A DNA stretch of 64,000 nt from Trueperaceae bacterium (GTDB taxonomy: Bacteria; Deinococcota; Deinococci; Deinococcales; Trueperaceae): NCBI GenBank assembly GCA_965214405.1, contig OZ243956.1:3648001-3712000 (forward strand), read 5' to 3'. Shown in pieces: positions 48,275 to 57,013 of this stretch. Numbering within the stretch: position 1 is the first letter of the stretch; every line of letters starts with the position of its first letter. A program made the translations under genes and the position numbers. The notes beneath the pieces are model-generated. The model was not told the origin of the DNA, searched no databases, and was given only the letters and a program-made list of their open reading frames with translations.

Positions 48275-49828
48275 TCATTCGTGCAGGAGCGAGCGCCCCG
48301 TCATTTCGGGGGGCTTGGGGACGTTGAGGAGCTCGAGCACCGTCGGCGCGACGTCGCCCAGCGCTCCGCCCGCGCGCAGCTTTAGGTTTTTGGTCACGGA
48401 CTCATCCGCCACGACGATAAAAGGCACCGGGTTGGTCGTGTGCGCGGTGTGGGGGCCGCCGTTCTCGGCAATCATTTTTTCGGCGTTGCCGTGGTCCGCC
48501 AAAATGAGCGCCGCCCCGCCCTTGGCGCGTACCGCGCTCACCAACCGCCCTAGTTCCTTGTCCGCCGTCTCGCACGCTTTTATCGCGGCTTCGAGTACGC
48601 CCGTGTGCCCGACCATGTCGGGGTTGGCGTAGTTGAGCAGGATGAAGGCGTCGTCATGGTCTCTAAGGCGCTCCAACGCCTTGTCGGTAAGCGCCGCGGC
48701 GCTCATCTCGGGTTGCAAGTCGTAGGTCGCCACTCTGGGCGAGGGCTCCATGTAACGCGACTCGCCCGGCATCGCGTCCTCGCGCTGCGCGTTGAAAAAG
48801 AAGGTCACGTGCGGGTACTTTTCGGTTTCCGCGGTGTGGTACTGCTTTAGCCCCGCGTTCGACAGCACCTCGGCCAGGGGATGCGTGATTTCCGGCAGCT
48901 TAAAGGCGGCGGGCGCGCGGATGTCCTCGGCGTAGGCCATCATCGAGGCGTAGGAGATGTTTTTGAGGACGCGGCAGCGCTCAAACGAGTTGAAATCTTC
49001 GTTGAGCAGCGCGTAGGTGAGTTGCCGCGCGCGGTCCGAGCGGAAGTTGAAAAAGAAAATTCCGTCGCCGTCCTCGACCGTTGTAGCCTCTCCCGCCTCG
49101 TTAACAACGACGGTGGGCTGGATGAACTCGTCGGTTTCGTCGCGGTTGTAAGCCCCCTGCACCGCCTCTTCGCCGCTCGAGGCTGTAAACGCACTCTCTC
49201 CGCACACAATCGCGTTGTAGGCGCGCTCTGTACGGTCCCACCTTTTATCGCGGTCCATCGCGTAGTAGCGCCCGCTCACCGAGGCGACGCGCGCCCCCGG
49301 CAGTTCGTTCAGGTTGCCCGTCAACTCCTCCATAAAGCGAATCGCCGTCGAGGGACCCACGTCGCGCCCGTCGGTGAAAACGTGGAGCGCGACGTCGCAG
49401 TCGGTGTTGCGGCTGGCAAGCTCGAGCAGCGCGTACAAATGCGCCAAATCGCTATGCACGCCGCCGTCGCTCACCAAACCCATAAAGTGCAGCGTGTTGC
49501 CCTTGCAGCCCCCCAAAACCTCCCCCAACACCTCGTTTTTAGCAAAGTCGCCGCTGTCGATGAGCGCCTGGATATAGGTCTGCTTCTGCATCACCACCCG
49601 GCCCGCGCCCAAATTCATGTGCCCCACTTCCGAGTTGCCGATCTGCCCCTCCGGCAGCCCCACCGCCAGCCCCGACGCGGCTAACTGCGTGTGCGGACAG
49701 TCGCGCCAGTAGCGGTCAAAGTTGGGCGTGTCGGCCAGCGTCACGGCGTTGCCCGGACCCTCGGGTGCGAGGCCGAAGCCGTCCAGGATGATGAGCGCCA
49801 CGGGTGAGACAGGGTTTCTCTCTCTCAC
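48275..49828 (-). CDS. gpmI: 2,3-bisphosphoglycerate-independent phosphoglycerate mutase
   Basis: LIILDGFG, GNSEVGH, SDGGVHS, GRYYAMDRD, AETEKYPHVTFF, NPDMVGHTG, ADHGN. Confidence 0.97.
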   Translation of the reverse strand: MRERNPVSPVALIILDGFGLAPEGPGNAVTLADTPNFDRYWRDCPHTQLAASGLAVGLPEGQIGNSEVGHMNLGAGRVVMQKQTYIQALIDSGDFAKNEVLGEVLGGCKGNTLHFMGLVSDGGVHSDLAHLYALLELASRNTDCDVALHVFTDGRDVGPSTAIRFMEELTGNLNELPGARVASVSGRYYAMDRDKRWDRTERAYNAIVCGESAFTASSGEEAVQGAYNRDETDEFIQPTVVVNEAGEATTVEDGDGIFFFNFRSDRARQLTYALLNEDFNSFERCRVLKNISYASMMAYAEDIRAPAAFKLPEITHPLAEVLSNAGLKQYHTAETEKYPHVTFFFNAQREDAMPGESRYMEPSPRVATYDLQPEMSAAALTDKALERLRDHDDAFILLNYANPDMVGHTGVLEAAIKACETADKELGRLVSAVRAKGGAALILADHGNAEKMIAENGGPHTAHTTNPVPFIVVADESVTKNLKLRAGGALGDVAPTVLELLNVPKPPEMTGRSLLHE

Positions 49829-50367
49829 GGGGCTCGAGTACCGGTCGCGCCGGTAGACGTGCTGGCGGACGCCGTAGTGGATGCTGTGGGCTCGGGCTCC
49901 TCGAGCAGCCTAAAGCCCTCGATATGCACCATCACGATAAACTCACTTTTATAGAGATAAAACTCCCGCACCTCCACCCCCTCCACGCGCTCGCGGATGA
50001 TTTTGTTGAGGTCCACAAGAATCTCCGGCGGCTCCTGCGGGTTTTTGGGCGCGAGGATGGTAATCCCTTTCATGCTAGGCAGCGAAAACACGCCCAGCAA
50101 GAGTTTAATCACGCGCGTCGCAGAGAGCGAAAACACGCTCGTTTGCAAGGAAAAGCGCGCCGTCCCGTTCGTAAAGTCGCGGTACTGCAACGCCACGTTG
50201 ACCTTGGGCGAGACCGCCCTGAGAAAGCCCGGCAGCGACGCCTCGGGGTTGACGGTCACAAAAATGGTGTCACCCTCGCAGCGAAGCGTCTCGAGCGCCT
50301 TGGGAAAGGGCCGCGCGCCCCGCGCCATATCGACAAGTTCGGTAAAAGGAAGAACGATTTGGGCCAT
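49825..50367 (-). CDS. Hypothetical protein coupled to gpmI
   Basis: RBS AAGGA; GTGA overlap with the gpmI start. Confidence 0.7.
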   Translation of the reverse strand: MAQIVLPFTELVDMARGARPFPKALETLRCEGDTIFVTVNPEASLPGFLRAVSPKVNVALQYRDFTNGTARFSLQTSVFSLSATRVIKLLLGVFSLPSMKGITILAPKNPQEPPEILVDLNKIIRERVEGVEVREFYLYKSEFIVMVHIEGFRLLEEPEPTASTTASASTSTGATGTRAP

Positions 50368-50545
50368 GTGGGTTCCTTAAGAAGAGAATCTCATTACCTG
50401 CCAGAGTATACGCCCCAACCGGGTTGAGTTGAAGTTTCGCCAGGACGCAGTTGAGGGTTGGCGGGGTGAGGGCTCGAGCCTTACGTCAACGTAACATGTG
50501 ACTCTTTTTGAAGTCCAGCCACGCCACCCCGCCTAGAATGAACCC

Positions 50546-51045
50546 ATGTCACGCGTTGTCACCCTCTTGAGCCTACTTTTTCTCCTTTCGGGCTGTATGT
50601 CGCCCTACCCGAGTGATGAAACGCTGATAAAGCGCTTTGAGAAAAATGAAGGAATGTTCAACGACATCTTGAACCAATTACAAGCCAGACCCGATATAGG
50701 CTACCTTCAACGCGACGTAGCTTTTTATAGTGGACGTAGCCGCGTAACCGAGCCGGGAGAGGAGAAGGAACTCAGGGGGCTTATGGAGCAGCTTCAACTG
50801 TTGGATGTGAATCCAGAGGACGACGGTGGGACAGATGTATATATGGAACTCGTGCGCAACAACGCTGCCTTGAGTGGCGCAAACAGATTTAAGGGTTATG
50901 CGTACTTATCCCAACCGCCCCTGAAATTTAGAACGGTTGAGAATCTTGATGCGGTCGGTGACGTCGGTTCGTCAGCGGACTTATACTTTTATAGGCATAT
51001 GATATGAAAGGCAACTGGTACTTGTATTTGAAGATTCAAGATTAA
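50546..51045 (+). pseudogene. Lipoprotein gene with probable C-terminal frameshift
   Basis: Lipobox LSGC; ORF stops at 51007 after ATATG-ATATG; removing one copy gives ...YRHMKGNWYLYLKIQD* ending at 51045. Confidence 0.55.
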
Positions 51046-51057
51046 ATCCGTGAAGCC

Positions 51058-51903
51058 TTAGCGCCAGCGCCCCAACGCCCGCGCCACACGCGGGTCTAAA
51101 CGGTCAAAGTCTTCATCGGTCACACTCTCGATATTTTTATTGAGGATGTGCGCCAGATAGCAGCGCGCGGCGGACTCTAAGTGCGGCTTAAAGGCGGGGT
51201 CGGCGAGAACCTGGGGGAGGAGTTCTTGGAGTTTTTCGAGCAGATACGCTCTTGCCAAATGAACCGCCACCTCCCGCTCCTCGTCGCTTAGCAGGGGCGT
51301 GTCTTGTGCGGGGTTGAGGGCCAAGAGGTGGCTCGAGCGCCTTACCCTCGGCTCCGCCGCGTAGCGGGTGCAGGTGTCGCAGGGACCCTTGTCGGGGGTG
51401 AGCGTGCCGCAGACTAAGCAGGGCGTCCAGCCTTCCGCCGCGCGGCGGGCGCGGTAGGCGAGCATCGCCTTGGCGACGCTCATCGCGGGTCGCTCGAGCG
51501 CCTCGGGCAAGTCTAGGGTGCCCAAGTCTCGAGCCAACTTTGAGAGCGCCTTGGGGTCGACGGGCGCGTGGACCGGCGGGGGGGGCGGGGGCTCGGGCGC
51601 CACGGGCCGCCCCACCCTAAAAAGGATGTCGCGCACGTCCTTGACGCCAAACTTGCTCCGGTAGACGGCCAGAAAGCGCTGCCGCTGCCAAGTCAAGTGC
51701 ATCCCCGTTTCGCTGTCGGACACCTCGACAAAAAGCACGCCGTCTTGCAGGCTTTTGGCGGTGGTGAATTTGGCGACGTCCGCGCCGACCACCTGCGGCC
51801 ACAACAAAACCGCCTCGGCGCGCCTCACGCCGCGCTTCATGCCGCCGCGCCGGAAAACTTCGGCGAGCAGGTCCGAGAGGCTGGGGGGCGTGTTAGAGGG
51901 CAC
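51058..51903 (-). CDS. DUF721 (DciA-like) protein with Zn-ribbon
   Basis: WPQVVGADVAKFT...GVLFVEV; CLVC...CDTC; overlaps the recF end. Confidence 0.82.
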   Translation of the reverse strand: MPSNTPPSLSDLLAEVFRRGGMKRGVRRAEAVLLWPQVVGADVAKFTTAKSLQDGVLFVEVSDSETGMHLTWQRQRFLAVYRSKFGVKDVRDILFRVGRPVAPEPPPPPPVHAPVDPKALSKLARDLGTLDLPEALERPAMSVAKAMLAYRARRAAEGWTPCLVCGTLTPDKGPCDTCTRYAAEPRVRRSSHLLALNPAQDTPLLSDEEREVAVHLARAYLLEKLQELLPQVLADPAFKPHLESAARCYLAHILNKNIESVTDEDFDRLDPRVARALGRWR

Positions 51904-52933
51904 GGACCACGCCCCCGGCCACCTCGAAACGCTTATCGCACCGTGGCGGGGCCTCGGTGCCGCTCACGAGCGCCTGGGGTGTGGCGGCGGCGAGGTTAAG
52001 CAAGTACGTGCGCCGGTTCGTGTCGAGTTCGGCGGTGAAATCGTCTAAGAGCAGCACGGGCGCTTCGCCGTGTTTTTCGCTCAGGAGGCGGTACTCGGCC
52101 ACGCGCAAGGCGAGCGCGGTGGTGCGCGCTTCGCCCCTCGAGCCGTAGGCCTGCACGCTGTGACCGCCTAGCGTGAGCACCAAATCGTCACGGTGCGGCC
52201 CCACCACCGTCGCCCCCCGCGCCCGCTCTTCAAAGGAGCTGGCCGCGAGCGCTTCGCCTAAAATCTCCTCGGCGCGCTGCAAACTCACCTCGAGTTTTTT
52301 TCCGTCTCCCGCGATGTCCGCATACGTCTCCCGCGCAATCTCGTCCACCCGCCCCACCGCGCGCCGCCGCAGCGCCATCACTTCAGAACCCACCTCGACA
52401 AAACGCTCGGACCAAATGTCCAGCGTGGGGTCGTTTGGGTTGGTCCGTAGCACGGCGTTGCGCTGCTCCACCACGCGATTATACTCACGGAGCAAAAGGG
52501 CGTAGCGCAGCGAAAGGCGGCCCAGCAGCGTGTCCAGATAGCCCCGCCGCCCGGACGGCGACCCGTGGATGAGGTCGGCGTCTTCGGGGGTAATGAGCAC
52601 GGCGGCGGACACCCTGGCAAGCTCCAACGCGCGCACAAACTGACCGTCCAAGCGAATCACCTTGCGCCCCGGCGCGAGGCCGATATCGACCGTGCTCACC
52701 CCGTCGTCACGCTCGAGCTTCGCCCCCACAAAGCCTTCCTCCTCACCGATGCGCACCGTTTCGGTAATTTTACCTCCCGGCAGTTCGCCGCTACAGCCAA
52801 GGTAAGCGGCCTCTAACAGGTTCGACTTGCCCGCCGCGTTCGCGCCCACCACCGCGTTGATGCCGTTCGTAAACTCGAGCCGCGGCGTGAGCAGGTTGCG
52901 GTAGTGGAGTTGCGACAAGGAACGCAGGAGCAC
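51893..52933 (-). CDS. recF: DNA replication and repair protein RecF
   Basis: HYRN, GANAAGKSNLLEA, GSPSGRR, GPHRDDL, SRGE, LLLDDFTAELD. Confidence 0.96.
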   Translation of the reverse strand: MLLRSLSQLHYRNLLTPRLEFTNGINAVVGANAAGKSNLLEAAYLGCSGELPGGKITETVRIGEEEGFVGAKLERDDGVSTVDIGLAPGRKVIRLDGQFVRALELARVSAAVLITPEDADLIHGSPSGRRGYLDTLLGRLSLRYALLLREYNRVVEQRNAVLRTNPNDPTLDIWSERFVEVGSEVMALRRRAVGRVDEIARETYADIAGDGKKLEVSLQRAEEILGEALAASSFEERARGATVVGPHRDDLVLTLGGHSVQAYGSRGEARTTALALRVAEYRLLSEKHGEAPVLLLDDFTAELDTNRRTYLLNLAAATPQALVSGTEAPPRCDKRFEVAGGVVRAL

Positions 52934-52972
52934 CTAAGCAGTCTAACCCCGTCCCGACGCCAACGCGGTTTA

Positions 52973-53287
52973 TCAACCTTTGTCGGTGGTTCTACGCCTA
53001 ATGAGGGCGATGACCGCAAGAATGACGCCGACCGCCACGCCGATGAGACCGGCGGGCACCGTCACGAGCGCGAACCAGCCCGAAACGAACATCGTGTAGA
53101 GGAGCGAACCCGCGTCAAAGGAGCCGATAAAGCAGGGGTTGGGAAACCCCTCGTGGAGCGTGCAGCCCAGCCGTGAGGCGACGGCGCTCGAGATCACCAC
53201 GCTCAGCACGGGCGAGCTTCCGATAAGGAGGCTCAGCACTATCACGAGTAGCGGCTGTTTTAGCGAAGGCTGCCCTCTAAATATCAT
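52973..53287 (-). CDS. Small membrane protein with a Cys pair in its loop
   Basis: Two hydrophobic segments flanking GCTLHEGFPNPC. Confidence 0.65.
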   Translation of the reverse strand: MIFRGQPSLKQPLLVIVLSLLIGSSPVLSVVISSAVASRLGCTLHEGFPNPCFIGSFDAGSLLYTMFVSGWFALVTVPAGLIGVAVGVILAVIALIRRRTTDKG

Positions 53288-53311
53288 AAATTACCCTTGA
53301 CGCTCTACAGT

Positions 53312-54451
53312 TCAAGGCGTGTCCACCGCAAAAACGTCCAAACTCAGGTCTTGGTTTAGCAAACCAACATACGCGCCGTCACGCGACCACGCCGCGCTGT
53401 AAAACCGTTTGTTCGTAAAGAAACGGGTGAGGAGTTCGGGGTTTTGAGCCTTCCATATGCCCACCGCGCCCAGGCGGCGAAAGGGGGGCGGCACGAAACG
53501 CCTCACGCCGCGCGCCTCTCTGTAAGCGTAGTAACCCTCAAAAAGATGTTCGCTGTCGGGTGAAAACACAAAGTCGCGCCGCGCGTCGAACAGCTCGAGC
53601 GGCGACGCGACGGTGACGGGTTCGGCGTCTAGCGGTCGCAGACTAAAGGTGTTGGCGAGGTAGTAGTCGTCAATGCGCGCATTCATTTCGGCGGGCGTCA
53701 GATCGTTGGGCAAAAAGAGGTCGCGAATTGTGTCCTCTGCGCGCGTCCCATCCGGCGCAGTCGCCACCTCTCCCGCGGCGAAGTCGGCATAAAAGGGAAA
53801 CTGGTAGCGACCGTCAACGTCTAAGTCGGTCGTCTCACCCGTTTCCAAATGGGTGAGGCGTGAGCCGCACTGCAAAACTTGGTTATCGGGGCTGAACTCG
53901 AGCATCGCTGTACAACCGTAGGCCTCGTCGCTATCAATTTCAAAAACGGTTGTAACCACACGACCGTTGGTGCGCTGCACAATGAGGCTATTCTCGTTCT
54001 TGCCAAAAGCGTAGGACGCGACGAGGCTGCCGTCTTGTGAGAGGGCGGCTTCTTCTATCGCTGTGGCACCCCAGTCGTCATCGTACCGACGCTGCTCGTT
54101 ACCCTCTAGATCGCGCAGCACCTGGATGACGCTGCCATCTCGCGTGTCGAAAAGTGCAAGCACGGCGTGGTGTGTCGCGGGTTGCGCGCCGTCCGCTCGA
54201 GTCCCGCGCAACCCGACCAGAACACTTTCGCCCCCCGCGGAGAGGTCGAGCGCGCGGTAGCTCGCTCTGGCCCCAGGCTCGAGCCCCACCGCCCCAACAT
54301 CGAGTTTAACGCTTCTCACGCAGCCGCTCCACCTATCGAAACGCCCGCAAGGCCAGGTGTTCGCCCGAACGTAAACCCCGACAAAAATTATCGTAGCCAC
54401 GCCCAAAAGCAGCGCGAAAATGAGTGCGAGCCCCGTACGTTTTGCGACCAC
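53312..54451 (-). CDS. Membrane-anchored WD40/beta-propeller-like protein
   Basis: N-terminal TM; ALSQDG, FSPDN, FSPDS, AWSRDG repeats. Confidence 0.65.
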   Translation of the reverse strand: MVAKRTGLALIFALLLGVATIIFVGVYVRANTWPCGRFDRWSGCVRSVKLDVGAVGLEPGARASYRALDLSAGGESVLVGLRGTRADGAQPATHHAVLALFDTRDGSVIQVLRDLEGNEQRRYDDDWGATAIEEAALSQDGSLVASYAFGKNENSLIVQRTNGRVVTTVFEIDSDEAYGCTAMLEFSPDNQVLQCGSRLTHLETGETTDLDVDGRYQFPFYADFAAGEVATAPDGTRAEDTIRDLFLPNDLTPAEMNARIDDYYLANTFSLRPLDAEPVTVASPLELFDARRDFVFSPDSEHLFEGYYAYREARGVRRFVPPPFRRLGAVGIWKAQNPELLTRFFTNKRFYSAAWSRDGAYVGLLNQDLSLDVFAVDTP

Positions 54452-54695
54452 GCTTCACTCCACCTTTCCTGTTCTGGTGCCTATCTCAAGGACCTGGAGT
54501 CATTTGCCTGCCCGGCATTCATACATCACACTGTCGTCAATCTTAGTCTAGTAAAACCTGGATACAACTATTTTTTCAAGTTCCTCTCAACTATCCCAAG
54601 GATTTTTTGTCGCTTCCTCAGTGGCTCAGAGCGTTAAGAATTGCGGAGGTGCCGTGGCGTTAGGAAAATCAGGAAAATAGGCTAAAGCGCATCTA

Positions 54696-55158
54696 CTAAG
54701 ACCCTAAGCCAGCGCGCACGCTCTTTAACAGAGCGGGTGAAAGGTACAGGCCGTGCTTCTCAACAAGGTTGGTCAGACGTTCTCTGGTCTCTTTAGATGA
54801 AAGAAACGCGCGTTTGTGCGCCCAATAAAATGCCGAGGGTGCCGATAACCCTTAGACCCAACTCTTTGGCCTTTTCACGCGCCAAAAGGTCATCTAAAGC
54901 GACAAAGTCTGCGCGCGTTTCTTGGGCCAAAAAGAGCGCCTCGAGCTCGCCGCGGTGTAAACGCTCGAGGGCTCCGCTGACAAAAGCCTCGCCTCGAGCT
55001 GATAGCGTCACAATTTGCATAAAGTCCGGTAGCTCATCACCCAACTCGCGGACAACGCCCCCGGAAACGAGAACAGATTCGAAAAGCTTTTCTAAAAGAT
55101 GCAGACTGTTGAGCTTGTGCAAAAAGATGATAGGACTCGTGTTTGTGACGATTTTCAC
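54696..55158 (-). pseudogene. DUF3368-type PIN protein, frameshifted near 54807
   Basis: IVTNTSPII, LHRGELEAL, LDDLLAR, VIGTLGIL; a shifted frame continues FLSSKE...HGLYLSPALL to a stop at 54696. Confidence 0.7.
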
Positions 55159-55166
55159 TCTGTAGC

Positions 55167-55409
55167 TTAGAGCGTCTTGACGGTTTGGAGGTCTTCCAAC
55201 ACGGTCTCATCAGCAAGCACGAAGCCTTTGCCGAAATGCTCTCGTAACCGTTCGTGGAACCCTTCAAAATTGAGCCCAGCAAGGAGCGCCGCCGCCTCAA
55301 AGCTGACCTTGTTGGCGTGGTAGAGGCTGGCGGCAAGGAAAAAATTAGCCGCGTCTGCGCCGAGCGGTTCCAAAACCTCACCAAACTCCTCTTTGACGGC
55401 CAGGTTCAT
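55167..55409 (-). CDS. UPF0175-type antitoxin
   Basis: LAASLYHANKVSFEAAALLAGL; TATACT 6 nt before ATG; upstream of the DUF3368 gene. Confidence 0.78.
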   Translation of the reverse strand: MNLAVKEEFGEVLEPLGADAANFFLAASLYHANKVSFEAAALLAGLNFEGFHERLREHFGKGFVLADETVLEDLQTVKTL

Positions 55410-55638
55410 GGCCTGAGTATAACGAGAACAGGTGCATTTTTATAGTGAGAGAAACGCAGCGGGAGAGAAATGGTGGCGTAGAAGGTGGCTCGAGCCCCAT
55501 ATATTCCACGCCACGCTCTCATTCATCCCAGGCTCTCTTTCTGACCAAGCCAGCCCTTCAAGGTCACGCGAAAGCCAACCACTTGCACGTCACGCTGTCG
55601 TCAATACTGATAAACCCTCGAGCATTTTCACATTCTTG

Positions 55639-56889
55639 TCAGTTACCCAAAGGATTCCTTGGCGCTTCTTTCTGGAGCGTAAACGCGTTGCCGTCGCTCG
55701 TGAGTTGGAGCGTCGCGCCGTCCAGGGTCGCGGTAAAGGTAAAGGTCGCGCCGTTACTCGAGAAGGTGCCCGACAGCGCGTTGCCGTTGGCGGTTGCTTG
55801 GACGGGAAAGGTTTGACCGCTGAGGTCCATGCTGCCCGTGTAGGTGCCGGTGCCCTCGAGCGTGAGCGTCAGCGTGTCGTTGCTATAGGTGCCCGCGAAG
55901 GGGTCGGGCGCGGGCGCGAGCGGGTTCGGCGTCTGACTTGAACCGAGCGGATTAGCGCCTCCGGTTGACGTGTTGGGTGTTGTGTCGGGCGGTGTACCGG
56001 TCTGCGCCGCGCCGCCCGTCTGAGCCTGCGTGGTCGCGTCGGTGGTGCCGACAGGCGCTTGCGTATTCGCTCCCCCCGTGGCAGCGTCCGGCACGGCGGG
56101 TTCTACGCCCAGCGCGTTGAGCTGCGCCATCACCTCGGGAAAAGCCTGCTCCATCGTGAGTTCGCCGCTTTGGACCCTCTGCATCTGGGGCGTAAGTTCT
56201 AAGCCGTTCGCGCCGAGGGTGAAGAACTGCGGGTCGAGTCCGAAGGTTTGCAACACCTGCTTTGCACCCTCCTGCAAGTCGGTGAGCGAGAAGCCCTGCG
56301 CGCCCTCTCGAGCCTGCCCGTACTGCGCGGCGGTAATAATTGTTGCGATCAGCAGCGGCTCGGTGGCGAGTTGCTTGTCGGCGTCACTCAAGTTGGGCAG
56401 GTCCGTATTGGCAAAAGCCACCCGGAAAAGGTCGCGCACGGCGGCGTCTTGTTCCGGGGTGGTGTTCTCTAAGTTCTGCAAGACGCCGTAGGCGGTGAGT
56501 ACCGCCGCCGATATCACGTCCACCATGTTGGTCGCGCTCCAGGTGCCGTCGGGGAAGCCTTCGGCCATAATGGCCTGCTGCTGCTCAAGGGTGAGTTGGT
56601 CTAAGATGCTCTGAGCGGCTGCGCGGCTCTCTAGCGTGTCGGGCAGAATGGCTAACACTTGCGCCTGGACTTGCGGGACCAGAGACGGGTCGTAGGTGTA
56701 CTCGAACTGCGCGGGGTCCACCGCCGCCGTCTGCTGGGGCGTCACGGTGGGCGTGCCGCCCTCGCCAAAAAAACTGCTCAGCGCGTCGTTGATTTGCCCG
56801 GTCGCGCGGTCAGAGCCGCTTTGCGCGAACGCGCCGCAGGCGAGCGCAAATCCTAAAAGGGCGACCAGTAAGCCTTTGAGCCTGTTCAT
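55639..56889 (-). CDS. Exported protein: helical domain, T/G/P-rich linker, small beta domain
   Basis: RBS GAGGAG; signal peptide ending AFAQ; DPFAGTY C-terminal domain. Confidence 0.75.
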   Translation of the reverse strand: MNRLKGLLVALLGFALACGAFAQSGSDRATGQINDALSSFFGEGGTPTVTPQQTAAVDPAQFEYTYDPSLVPQVQAQVLAILPDTLESRAAAQSILDQLTLEQQQAIMAEGFPDGTWSATNMVDVISAAVLTAYGVLQNLENTTPEQDAAVRDLFRVAFANTDLPNLSDADKQLATEPLLIATIITAAQYGQAREGAQGFSLTDLQEGAKQVLQTFGLDPQFFTLGANGLELTPQMQRVQSGELTMEQAFPEVMAQLNALGVEPAVPDAATGGANTQAPVGTTDATTQAQTGGAAQTGTPPDTTPNTSTGGANPLGSSQTPNPLAPAPDPFAGTYSNDTLTLTLEGTGTYTGSMDLSGQTFPVQATANGNALSGTFSSNGATFTFTATLDGATLQLTSDGNAFTLQKEAPRNPLGN

Positions 56890-57013
56890 GCTGTCTCCTC
56901 GTTATGCCTGTTGAGATGTTTCTGACTTTTACTTTGCTCTCACTTTACAACACCTATTTTACCCAGGGAGAAAAGGCGGAGCGAGCCGCTAAGCCCCGCT
57001 CGAAACCCACGCC

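Noticed and set aside
51058..52933. Replication origin near recF-DUF721
   Set aside because: No dnaA, dnaN or gyrB adjacent and no DnaA-box cluster seen; recF-DUF721 is a stand-alone pair here
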